Both the position numbers and the translations under genes were made by a program. From Armatimonadota bacterium (lineage in GTDB: Bacteria > Sysuimicrobiota > Sysuimicrobiia > Sysuimicrobiales > Kaftiobacteriaceae), in the NCBI GenBank assembly GCA_037440005.1, contig JBBIUY010000021.1, positions 1-50,526 of the forward strand: a stretch of DNA of 50,526 nt, written 5' to 3'. This document shows positions 1-8,690 of the stretch, in pieces. The notes beneath the pieces are model-generated. The model was not told where the DNA came from and ran no database searches. It was given only the letters and a program-made list of their open reading frames with translations. Each line of letters starts with the position of its first letter. Positions within the stretch are counted from its first letter, which is position 1.

Positions 1-13
1 GTTCTTTGCAGCG

Positions 14-1153
14 ATGGAGACAGGTACCGAGATCTTTGGACCTGCGCTGGCGGGCATCCTAGCTCTTGTCAAAGGTTATTCATTTCTGGTGTACCTCGAC
101 GCGGGCACGTATTTCGTCTCGGCTCTGTGCATGATGGGGCTTAAATTAACTTATCGTTTTGGCAGCGACACTGACAGTGCCCGCAGGGAGACAATTGCGC
201 AGATAGTCGAGGTCTTCCGATATATCCGGCGTGATCAATGTCAGTGGCAGCTGTTTCTCCTGATCTTTCCCTCTGTATTGGTAGGTGCGGGTCTAAATGC
301 GCTTCAGACCCCCCTTGCTAAGGGAGAAATAGGTATTAACGATGCTCAATTTGGCACGTTTCAGAGTGTGTGGGGGGTTGGTTTCCTTGTGGCCTCGCTC
401 CTATTGGGTTGGTTTGGCCATGGTATGCCCAGAAGTGTTCTAATAGTGAGCGGTTTTCTGTTGGGATCCATTTTGACGGGTGGAATGAGCCTGAGTAGGT
501 CGTATGAGGGGCTTCTTCTTAGCGCATTTGCTGTGGGGTTTGCGAATACGCTCAATTATGTTGGCATCGCTACTGTTTTGATGCGGATTACTCCAGATTA
601 TTTCCTGGGAAGAGTGATTTCCTTGCGCCAAGTAGCGCTGAGCGGTGTACGTGTGGTGGCACCGTTGCTGTTTGGTTCGCTTGCCGACTTAATTGGGGTG
701 CGGGAGTCGATGCTACTGATGGCTTCGATAGGGGTCGCAGGGACGGCTGTTGCGGCCTTTGGGGCGAGGCCAATGTGGGAGCTGGATCTAGGGGGTGACT
801 CGGCGACCGCATCTGTGATGTGGAATCGGTTCGTCTGCTCTTATTCTCCTGAGTTTGATCGGTTGGATCAGCTACGACTTAACGTCTCTTCGATCTTCCT
901 AGCAGGGTTCGGCGCCTTGATTCTTGTGATTCGATCTGGGCCCCGGGCTGCCTTCTTGTTCGCAGGGGCGGCAGTGGTGTCCGTGCTTGGCGTTATGCTC
1001 AGACGCACGGGGCTTGGCGAGGCGCCGGATTCATACAAACGTATGTTCGCTACTGTGGGAAACGTTAGCCCGGTGAACGCTTCGAATTCTGTGTGGACGA
1101 AGGGAAAGCGCGGCTTGCAGTCGAAAACTGCGGGCAACCGGACCGACAGCTAG
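14..1153 (+). CDS. MFS transporter (probably 5'-truncated by the window edge)
   Basis: Multiple hydrophobic helices; MFS-like motifs (GPALAGIL, TPDYFLGRV, LFGSLADLIG); lower GC than the rest of the window. Confidence 0.8.
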   Translation: METGTEIFGPALAGILALVKGYSFLVYLDAGTYFVSALCMMGLKLTYRFGSDTDSARRETIAQIVEVFRYIRRDQCQWQLFLLIFPSVLVGAGLNALQTPLAKGEIGINDAQFGTFQSVWGVGFLVASLLLGWFGHGMPRSVLIVSGFLLGSILTGGMSLSRSYEGLLLSAFAVGFANTLNYVGIATVLMRITPDYFLGRVISLRQVALSGVRVVAPLLFGSLADLIGVRESMLLMASIGVAGTAVAAFGARPMWELDLGGDSATASVMWNRFVCSYSPEFDRLDQLRLNVSSIFLAGFGALILVIRSGPRAAFLFAGAAVVSVLGVMLRRTGLGEAPDSYKRMFATVGNVSPVNASNSVWTKGKRGLQSKTAGNRTDS

Positions 1154-1296
1154 CGGGAGAGGGGCGACTTCATCGCCGGCAAGTTCACGCCGCATGAGGA
1201 TGTCGGGCGAGTAGCCCGGATTGCGGCTCATCCAGGTGAATAGAGACGGGAGCCTTGTAGGCGACGCGGCACGGTTGGGGGCTGGCATTCGATCAG

Positions 1297-1356
1297 ATGG
1301 CTCGTCGCTTGCTGAGATCCCTGTTGCGGGGTTTAGGGGCCGATAAGAACTGGTAG
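1297..1356 (+). CDS. Candidate 19-aa peptide MARRLLRSLLRGLGADKNW
   Basis: ATG at 1297 to TAG at 1354-1356, translated by hand; lies directly before the RBS of the HD-GYP gene; basic/Leu-rich N-terminus and GAxxxW end; its own RBS is weak. Confidence 0.4.
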   Translation: MARRLLRSLLRGLGADKNW

Positions 1357-1396
1357 CTGCGGTTCGGTCTTGTTTTTTGGGGAGGTTGGCCTGGGG

Positions 1397-2653
1397 TTGG
1401 TCTCGAGGCTGCCTAGGGATTTACAACTCTTCGTAGCATCCGTCTTGGCTGGAGCTTCCTTATTAATCTGGCTACTTGCCAGGGGCGTCGAGCCTGCGGA
1501 CATGCCCGAGGTGCTTCTGTTCACGTTCTTGGTCATGCTTGCATCGATGACCCCTATTATTAACCCCCGAGGAGGCTATCTGACTGTCACGCCTACCCTT
1601 ATGTACGTGCTGATGGCTGTGCAAGCGCCTGGCGCGGCACTCTTCGCAGCATGGACGGGCCACGTAATAGGTCGAGCTGTTTCGGGTGAGTGGGTGCCGT
1701 GGAAGAGTCTTTCTAACGGCGCCCAGAGAGGAATCAGTGTCGCCCTCGCCGGACTGGCGTTTACAGCCATGGGAGGCTCCCCCCACAGTCCGAGCGTGTC
1801 GGGGCTACTCTTGCCACTTCTTATAGGTGCACTTGTACATCACGCATCGAATAATTTCTTTGTTGCGCTCTTTTTTTCTCGACTCCGGAGGTCGAACTTT
1901 CTGGGGGCGTGGCTTCGAGAGCTAAGGGATTTTTTGGGTCCGAACCTCTTATCCGTTCCAACCGCTGCCTTGCTGGTTACCCTATATGTACTTGTGCATC
2001 CTCTTGCGGTATCTCTCTATCTTATATTTCTTCCCGTTCAACGTTGGGCCATCCAGCTGTACCTCCAACAGGGCGAAATCCACCGTCAAGCGATCGATGC
2101 CTTGGTTGCTGCCATCGACGCCCACTTCCCCCAGGGCGCCGGGCACTCCCGCCGTGTGGCCGACCTTGCCGCGGCTGTCGCCCGCCGGATGCGCCTGCCC
2201 GATTCGGAGGTAGAGGCCATCGAGCTCGGAGCTCTGCTGCACGACGTGGGCATGATCGGCGTGGACGGGACCGGGGCGGGAGCCCGGGATCCGGAGGGGC
2301 CCGAGCGCCGCCACGTGATCCTGGGCGCGGACGTGGCGGGCGAACTCCGGCGTAAGGACGTGCGGGACATCGTGCTTCATCACCACGAACGCTTTGACGG
2401 CACGGGGTATCCCCGGGGTCTGAGCGGGGACGGTATCCCGCTGGGAGCGCGGATTGTGGCTGTGGCCGAAGCCTACGACACCCTGGTCTCCGGAGGGTCT
2501 CCCCACCAGGAGCCGCTCCCGCCGGAAGAGGCCCTGCGCCAGATCCAGGCCGCCTCGGGGACCGCCTTTGACCCGGCCGTGGTCAAGGCTTTTGTGTCCA
2601 TCGTGGACGAGACGGGCCGCGTGGTGCCGGACCGTGTGGCCGATAGTGGCTAG
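1397..2653 (+). CDS. Membrane-anchored HD-GYP domain protein (possibly catalytically degenerate)
   Basis: Multi-TM N-terminus; LLHDVG and HHERFDGTGYPRGL motifs; GGAGG at 1381-1385 suggests a start near 1391-1397 rather than 1370. Confidence 0.85.
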   Translation: MVSRLPRDLQLFVASVLAGASLLIWLLARGVEPADMPEVLLFTFLVMLASMTPIINPRGGYLTVTPTLMYVLMAVQAPGAALFAAWTGHVIGRAVSGEWVPWKSLSNGAQRGISVALAGLAFTAMGGSPHSPSVSGLLLPLLIGALVHHASNNFFVALFFSRLRRSNFLGAWLRELRDFLGPNLLSVPTAALLVTLYVLVHPLAVSLYLIFLPVQRWAIQLYLQQGEIHRQAIDALVAAIDAHFPQGAGHSRRVADLAAAVARRMRLPDSEVEAIELGALLHDVGMIGVDGTGAGARDPEGPERRHVILGADVAGELRRKDVRDIVLHHHERFDGTGYPRGLSGDGIPLGARIVAVAEAYDTLVSGGSPHQEPLPPEEALRQIQAASGTAFDPAVVKAFVSIVDETGRVVPDRVADSG

Positions 2654-3869
2654 GCGAGGGCTCCGGGCGGTCTTCGGGGCAGCGGCCGTAGTGGCCCCCG
2701 TGGCGGCACTGGTCACGTTCGTCCGCCAGGGAGGACATCCTGGCGACCTCGTGCTGGTGGGTCTGGTCATACCGGCCGCCTGGCTGCGCATCACCCTGGA
2801 GCCCGCCGGGCATATGACCCTCGCCCCGGTCGTGGTGGCGGCAGCTCTCGCCGTGGGGTCTCCGGTGACGCCTCTGCTGGTGGCCCCGCTGGCGGCTGCA
2901 GTGGCCGGTGGAATTGCGCGCCAGCGTCCGGCGGCGGTCCTGCTGGCGGCGGGCGAGGACGCCCTGGCTGCAGGATGCGGCGTGGCCGCCTTCCTCCTGC
3001 TGGCATCCGCCACCAGTCCCTGGACGACGCCGTGGTTGCTGGCGCTGGCTGGAGGGGTGCTCGCGTACATCCTGGCCCGGGTGGCCGCCGATGCCCTCTG
3101 TGCCCGGGTCTTTGAGACGGTCGCCATCGGGACGTTTCTCCGAAACGCGGGCCGCACGATCCTGGTGAACTACGTGCTGCTGTCGGCGGCCGGCGTGGGG
3201 TTGAGTTACCTGGTCTTCCGGGACGGTCGCGTGGGCTACTTCGCGCTGGCTCTGCTGGTGGTGGCCCTGGTGGAGGCCTACCATCCCTACAAGCTGCTCA
3301 GCGACCAGCGGGAGGCCCTGTACGCCAGTCTGTCCCTGGTGGCCCGCGCCATTGACCTCAAGGACGTCTACACCGGCCGCCACTCCCGGGACGCGTCGGA
3401 GATCGCGGTGCGCGTCGCCCGGGTCATGGGACTGCCCGAGTCCGAGGTCCGCAAGATTCGCTTTGCGGGCATCCTGCACGACATCGGCAAAGTCGGGGTA
3501 GATCGAAAAATCATCCGCAAGCCGTCGGCCCTGAGCGCGGAGGAGATGGCGGCGATGCGCGAGCACCCGGTGATCGGCGCCCGGATCCTCCAGTCCATCG
3601 AGCTGCTGGCGGACGCCGCCGAGATCGTGCGCCACCACCACGAGCACTACGACGGCTCCGGGTACCCCGACGGCCTGAAGGGAGAGGAGATCCCTATCGG
3701 TTCCCGCATCGTCCTTGTGGCGGACGCCTTCAACGCCATGACCACCGACCGGCCCTACCGACGGGCTCTGACGCCACAGGAGGCGATGCGGGTACTCGAG
3801 GAGAACGCCGGCACCCAGTTCGACCCCGCCGTGGTCCGCGCTTTGAAGACCGTCCTGCAGACCTCCTGA
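2646..3869 (+). CDS. Membrane-anchored HD-GYP phosphodiesterase
   Basis: TM N-terminus; YTGRHS, ILHDIGK, HHEHYDGSGYPDGL, ADAFNAMTTDRPYR; GTG at 2646 overlaps the upstream stop. Confidence 0.9.
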   Translation: MARRGLRAVFGAAAVVAPVAALVTFVRQGGHPGDLVLVGLVIPAAWLRITLEPAGHMTLAPVVVAAALAVGSPVTPLLVAPLAAAVAGGIARQRPAAVLLAAGEDALAAGCGVAAFLLLASATSPWTTPWLLALAGGVLAYILARVAADALCARVFETVAIGTFLRNAGRTILVNYVLLSAAGVGLSYLVFRDGRVGYFALALLVVALVEAYHPYKLLSDQREALYASLSLVARAIDLKDVYTGRHSRDASEIAVRVARVMGLPESEVRKIRFAGILHDIGKVGVDRKIIRKPSALSAEEMAAMREHPVIGARILQSIELLADAAEIVRHHHEHYDGSGYPDGLKGEEIPIGSRIVLVADAFNAMTTDRPYRRALTPQEAMRVLEENAGTQFDPAVVRALKTVLQTS

Positions 3870-3962
3870 CCTCACCTGCGCTCCGACCGCCCGGCTTTCT
3901 CCTGACGGGCACCAGGTCAGACGGCCGCCGCCGAGGGGGCGGCGCCGGCACGGGAGGCCCAC

Positions 3963-6900
3963 ATGTCCGCGGTCCACGTGCGGCTGTTCGGAAGGGTGTC
4001 GGTGATGGTGGGTACGGAGCCGCTGGCCGGTCTCACCGGAAAAATGGCCGAGGCGCTGGCCTGCCTGCTGCTGAGGGGGCCCGAGGTCAGCCGGGTGAAG
4101 CTGGCCGGGTTGCTGTGGCCGGACACCGACGAAGGACGGGCGCGCCGCAACCTGAGCACGGTGCTGTGGAGGCTCCGGGCGTGCCTGCGGCCGGCCGGCG
4201 GCCTCGGGCTGGAGGCGCGCCCCGACACGGTGAGGCTGCGGGGGGACCGGGTCTCCGTGGACGTGGCGCGCTTTGCGGCGCTGCTGGACCGGGCGCGGGA
4301 CGAGCCTCCGGCCAACCGCTACGGCACGCTGCGCGAGGCGGAGGAACTCTACCGCGGGGACCTGCTGGAGGACCTGGCGGCCGAGTGGGTGGAGGACGAC
4401 CGACGGCACCTGAGGGCGTTGTACCAGCAGGCGCTGCGGGATCTGGTCCAGCTGTCCGTGGAGGCCGATGCGGTCGAGCGGGGCATCGCCTACGCCCGCA
4501 AACTCGTCCGCCTGGATCCGTTGGACGAGGACGCCCACCAGCACCTCATGGTCCTGTACCACCTGGCCGGCGACGTGGGGGCCGCCCTGTCCCAGTTCAC
4601 CCAGCTCCGCCGCATCCTCCGGGACGAACTGGGACAGGATCCGTCCCCCCAGACCCTGGCGCTGTGGCGCTACCTCCGCTCGCGCTCGCCGCAGCGCGGC
4701 CCGGCCGACGGCCGTCCGCTGCTTCGCCCCGCCCTGCTCAGTCGCTTCGCCGAGGCGCCGCTGGTGGGACGGCAGGCCGAACTGGCCGGGCTGCTGGACG
4801 CCGTCGAATCGGCCCGGGGGAGGCGGGGGACGGCCGTGGTGATCTCCGGCGAAGCGGGCATCGGCAAGACCCGGCTGGTCGAGGCGGTCGGCGTCGAGGC
4901 TCAACTGCGGGGTTTCGACGTGCTGGTGGGACGCTGCCCCTACCTGCAGGATCCTCCGCCCTACCACGCATTCGTGCAGGCGTTGTGGCCGCGGCTGACG
5001 CGGCTGGCAGGCGACCGTCAGGATGTCCCCGGGGCGCTGTCAGCCCTGCTGCAAGCCCTCCTCCCGGGAGCGTTGCCGGGGGGCGACCTCGCGCACGCGG
5101 ATCCGGCGGGCTACACCAGCGCCATCGTCACCGAGGCCATGCTGGGTCTGTTCGCCCCGCCCCACGCCGACCGGCCGACAACGTTGATCCTGGAGGACGT
5201 GCACCGCGTGGACAAGGCCAGTCTGACCGTGCTGGCCGCCTTGCTGGGTCGCCTGCGCCAGCTGCCGGTGGCCGTCCTGGTCACCGTCCGCGCCGGAGAG
5301 CCCGGGGCCGACGACATCCTCCGGCTGGTGACGTCCGCCGGGGGATCCCACGTGGCGCTTGAGCCCCTCAGCCGGGAGGCCACAGGGGCTCTGGTGGGGC
5401 TGATGCTGGGCGCCCGGCGAGTGCCGGAGACGCTGGTGTCCTATGTCTGGGGCAGGACCGGAGGGGTTCCCCTGTTCGTCCTGGAGTTCCTGAACCTGCT
5501 TCGGGCCCAGGGGGCGGTGTCCCGGGACGCCCTGGGCCGGTGGGACTGGACCCCGGGCCCGTTGCCGGCGCCCGACGCCCGTCTTCCCGCGCGGGTGCAG
5601 GAGGTGGTGCGCCGGCGGCTGCTGATGCTCGACCCGGAGACCCGGGATCTTGTAGGGGCGGCCGCCGTTCTGGGCAGCGAGGTGTCCCGCGAGCACCTCC
5701 GCGAGCTGACCGGCCTGGAGGAGGACCACCTGACGCGCCTGGCGGACCGGCTGAGAGCGGTCCGGGTGATAGACGAGAGTCCCGGCGGGTGGCGGTTCGT
5801 GCACGAGAGCGTCCGCCTGGTGGCTCTGCAGATGCTGGCCCCACCGATCCGGCGCCGGCTTCACGCCCGGGCGGCCGCGCTGATCCAGCGCGTCAGTCCC
5901 TGGAACACCGAGGACCTGGCCTGGCACGCCCGCGAGGCGGGAGACCGGCAGGGCGCGCTCCACTACGCCGAGCTCTCGGGAGACAAGGCGCGAACCGTGC
6001 ACGCCAACGCCGATGCCGCCGCGTGGTACTCGCGGGCGCTGGACCTGCTCGGCGACCCCGCTCACGACGGGGACGCTGTGCGCCGCAAAGTGTCCCTCCT
6101 GCTCAAGCGCCAGGCGGTGCTCGACCTGCTGGGAGACCGGGAGGCCCAGGGGGCGGACATCGACGCCCTCACGGCCGCCGCCGGGGTATTGCGGGATCGC
6201 CACCTGCTGGCGGAAGCGTTGCGCCTGCGCGCCGGGCTGCTCCTCCGGTTGAACCGCAACGACCAGGCGCTGGACGCCGCCCGGCAGGCCGTGCGGCTGG
6301 CCCGGGCCGGCCGGGACCTCCCGGGGGCGGCCCGGGCCATCGAGGCGTGCGGCCTGGCCTACATCAACATGCGTCGCTACGACTCGGCCCGGTCGGCGAT
6401 GCTGCGTGCCCTGGCGGCGCACCGCCGGGCGCGGGATCGAGCCGGGGAGGCGCGCAGCCTGATTCACGTGGCCACGGTGATGGCCTTCCACAACGAGAAC
6501 CGGCGCGCCCTCGCCTATCTCACCCGCGCCGGTGTGGTCCTGGAAACCCTCGGCGACAGGCGCTCGCAGGCCTCCGTCTACCTGATGAAGGGAATCCTGT
6601 ACCGGTCTCTGGGCAGGCTGCACCTGTCGGAGACCCTCCTCGCGCTGGGAGTCCGCACCTTGCGCGAGATCGGCGACCGGGTGGGCGAGGCGCGCGGTCT
6701 CAGCCAGCTGGCGATCACCCACGCCGCCCTGGGCGACCTGCGCCGGGCGATTCTGGAAAGCGAAACCGCCCTGCGGACGGCCCGCGAGTGCAAGGACGTG
6801 CGGGCCCAGATCATGCTGCTCAACAACGCGTCCTACGGCGTCCACCGGGTGGTGGGGGCGTTCGTCCGGGCCCGCCGCTACCTCCGGGAGGCCCTGCGGC

Positions 6901-7868
6901 TGGTGCGGGAGACCGCGGAGGAGGAAAACCAGTCCGTCTATCACGATACGATGGCCGGCATCCTCCTGGACGCGGGCCGGGCCCGGGAGGCTTTGGCCTG
7001 GGCGCGGCGGGCGGAGGCGCTGAACGCCGGGACGCGCCGGCGCACGTGGGTGGGATTCGAGATCCAGTACCGTCTGGGCGTCATCTACCAGGCTCTGGGA
7101 GAGCACCGCCGCGCCGACCGGTACCTGCGCGAAGCCGCGCGGGCGATGGCCCGCAGGGAGGAAACCGCTTCCCTGGTGGCCGTGCGGGCCGCGCTGGCCG
7201 GCGTGCGGCTGGACCAGGGCCGGCTGAGCGAGGCCCTGGCGATCGCCCGCGGGCTGTCCCGGCTGCTGCGCAGGGTCGACGGTCTGGACGGCCTGCACCG
7301 GATTCACTGGACGTGCTACCGGGTGTACCGGGCCGCCGGCGCAGACCGCGCCATGCGCGCGTCCCTCCGGCAGGCCAGCCTCGCCCTGTGGGCACAGGCG
7401 CTGACCCTGAAGGGGCCCTGGCGCCGCCGGTTCCTGGAGCTGTCGCCGGCCCGGGAGATCCTCGCCGAGTGCGCCCGCCTGGGGACTTCCCCCGCGCACC
7501 TGGCTGCCGCCGGACCCCTGTCCGGGGACGGTCCGCCGTCGGCCTCGGTGCTCATCCAGGGACCGCTGCGCACCTCTCCCGCGCCCGGAGCCGACCGGCG
7601 TCACCTGCTGGCCGCGCTGATGCAGGCGGGGGTGAGGAGCCCGCGCGATGTCGCCGCGCTGCTGGGTGTGTCCGAACGCACCGTCCGCAACGACCTGACC
7701 GCCCTGGCGGCCCGGGAGCGCCCGGACCGGCCGGAGCGGCCTGGGGAGCGTTTCCGGCCGCCGGGGGCTGGTGTGAGACCGCTGAGAGAAAGCCGTGGTA
7801 CCGTCGGGCTGCCCGATGAGGGTTCCGGATCCCCCGGGCACCCCGATGCGTCGGTCCGGGGCTCTTAG
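3963..7868 (+). CDS. SARP/AfsR-like regulator: N-terminal wHTH + BTAD, AAA/STAND ATPase, TPR repeats, C-terminal HTH
   Basis: LAGLLWPD, YRGDLLED, DPLDEDAHQHLM (BTAD); Walker A GEAGIGKT; Walker B LILEDVH; C-terminal VAALLGVSERTVRNDL; GGGAGG RBS. Confidence 0.85.
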   Translation: MSAVHVRLFGRVSVMVGTEPLAGLTGKMAEALACLLLRGPEVSRVKLAGLLWPDTDEGRARRNLSTVLWRLRACLRPAGGLGLEARPDTVRLRGDRVSVDVARFAALLDRARDEPPANRYGTLREAEELYRGDLLEDLAAEWVEDDRRHLRALYQQALRDLVQLSVEADAVERGIAYARKLVRLDPLDEDAHQHLMVLYHLAGDVGAALSQFTQLRRILRDELGQDPSPQTLALWRYLRSRSPQRGPADGRPLLRPALLSRFAEAPLVGRQAELAGLLDAVESARGRRGTAVVISGEAGIGKTRLVEAVGVEAQLRGFDVLVGRCPYLQDPPPYHAFVQALWPRLTRLAGDRQDVPGALSALLQALLPGALPGGDLAHADPAGYTSAIVTEAMLGLFAPPHADRPTTLILEDVHRVDKASLTVLAALLGRLRQLPVAVLVTVRAGEPGADDILRLVTSAGGSHVALEPLSREATGALVGLMLGARRVPETLVSYVWGRTGGVPLFVLEFLNLLRAQGAVSRDALGRWDWTPGPLPAPDARLPARVQEVVRRRLLMLDPETRDLVGAAAVLGSEVSREHLRELTGLEEDHLTRLADRLRAVRVIDESPGGWRFVHESVRLVALQMLAPPIRRRLHARAAALIQRVSPWNTEDLAWHAREAGDRQGALHYAELSGDKARTVHANADAAAWYSRALDLLGDPAHDGDAVRRKVSLLLKRQAVLDLLGDREAQGADIDALTAAAGVLRDRHLLAEALRLRAGLLLRLNRNDQALDAARQAVRLARAGRDLPGAARAIEACGLAYINMRRYDSARSAMLRALAAHRRARDRAGEARSLIHVATVMAFHNENRRALAYLTRAGVVLETLGDRRSQASVYLMKGILYRSLGRLHLSETLLALGVRTLREIGDRVGEARGLSQLAITHAALGDLRRAILESETALRTARECKDVRAQIMLLNNASYGVHRVVGAFVRARRYLREALRLVRETAEEENQSVYHDTMAGILLDAGRAREALAWARRAEALNAGTRRRTWVGFEIQYRLGVIYQALGEHRRADRYLREAARAMARREETASLVAVRAALAGVRLDQGRLSEALAIARGLSRLLRRVDGLDGLHRIHWTCYRVYRAAGADRAMRASLRQASLALWAQALTLKGPWRRRFLELSPAREILAECARLGTSPAHLAAAGPLSGDGPPSASVLIQGPLRTSPAPGADRRHLLAALMQAGVRSPRDVAALLGVSERTVRNDLTALAARERPDRPERPGERFRPPGAGVRPLRESRGTVGLPDEGSGSPGHPDASVRGS

Positions 7869-7954
7869 GACACCGCCCTCCTGTCCAAGAGCAACAGCCG
7901 CGGGGGATCCGGATTACTCCCCGCGGGCCGGGCGGGATTCTAGTTGGTCGGGTC

Positions 7955-8623
7955 ATGGCGCGGGTCCGGGCAGAACGGGCGTTCTGGAAGTACCGGCTGC
8001 ACTCCACGATCCTGGATTCCATCGGCGCGGCCATCCTCCAGTCCCGGGTCTGCGAGCAGGCGGTGCAGGCCGGGGCGCCCGACTCGGTGACGGAGGTGCG
8101 GCGGCTGCAGCAGATGCTGTCGGATCTGGAAACCCTCACACGCGCCCTGGCCGCGTCCCGCCCTCCCGGCCGCGTTCCCCGCCTGGAGGACGAACTGCGC
8201 CGCCTGGTGGAGGAGTTCCGGCGCGCCCATCCGGCCGTACCCGTGGACATCGTCGTCCGGGGATCCGTCGACCGCGTTCCCCGGCAGGCGCTGACGGCCG
8301 CCGCCGTGGTGCTGCACGAGGCTCTGCTGAACGCGGCCCGCCACGCCGGGCCGTGCCGGGTCCAGGTCGCCCTTGAGGAGGTCGGCGGGGCCGTCCTCCT
8401 GCGCATCCGGGACGACGGCCGGGGGTTTGACGCCCGCGCCCGGCCGGACGCCCGGGACTCTTCCGGCCGCCTGGGGCTGCGGCTGATGCGCGAGCACGCG
8501 GCGATGGCCGGGGGACGCGTGGAGGTGAGCTCGGCCCCCGGCCGCGGCACCCAGGTCACGCTGTACTGCCCGCTGTCGCCCGCCCCCACCCGCCGCTGGC
8601 CGCTTCCAGGATCCCGCGGCTAA
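7955..8623 (+). CDS. Small NarX/HisKA_3-type histidine kinase-like protein (HATPase_c) without a sensor domain
   Basis: EALLNAARHA (N box), IRDDGRGF (G1), GLRLMRE, SSAPGRGTQV; putative H box RLHST. Confidence 0.75.
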   Translation: MARVRAERAFWKYRLHSTILDSIGAAILQSRVCEQAVQAGAPDSVTEVRRLQQMLSDLETLTRALAASRPPGRVPRLEDELRRLVEEFRRAHPAVPVDIVVRGSVDRVPRQALTAAAVVLHEALLNAARHAGPCRVQVALEEVGGAVLLRIRDDGRGFDARARPDARDSSGRLGLRLMREHAAMAGGRVEVSSAPGRGTQVTLYCPLSPAPTRRWPLPGSRG

Positions 8624-8690
8624 CAGGACAGGACGGTCCACTTTCCACCTTCCGCCAGGGGGCCGCGCGGGGGGTGGAGAAAGACAACAG

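Noticed and set aside
1..2100. Mobile element call for the low-GC segment
   Set aside because: No integrase, transposase or att site is visible in the window
3963..7868. Avs-type antiphage STAND protein
   Set aside because: N-terminus is wHTH/BTAD rather than a nuclease or other effector, so a transcriptional regulator is the simpler reading
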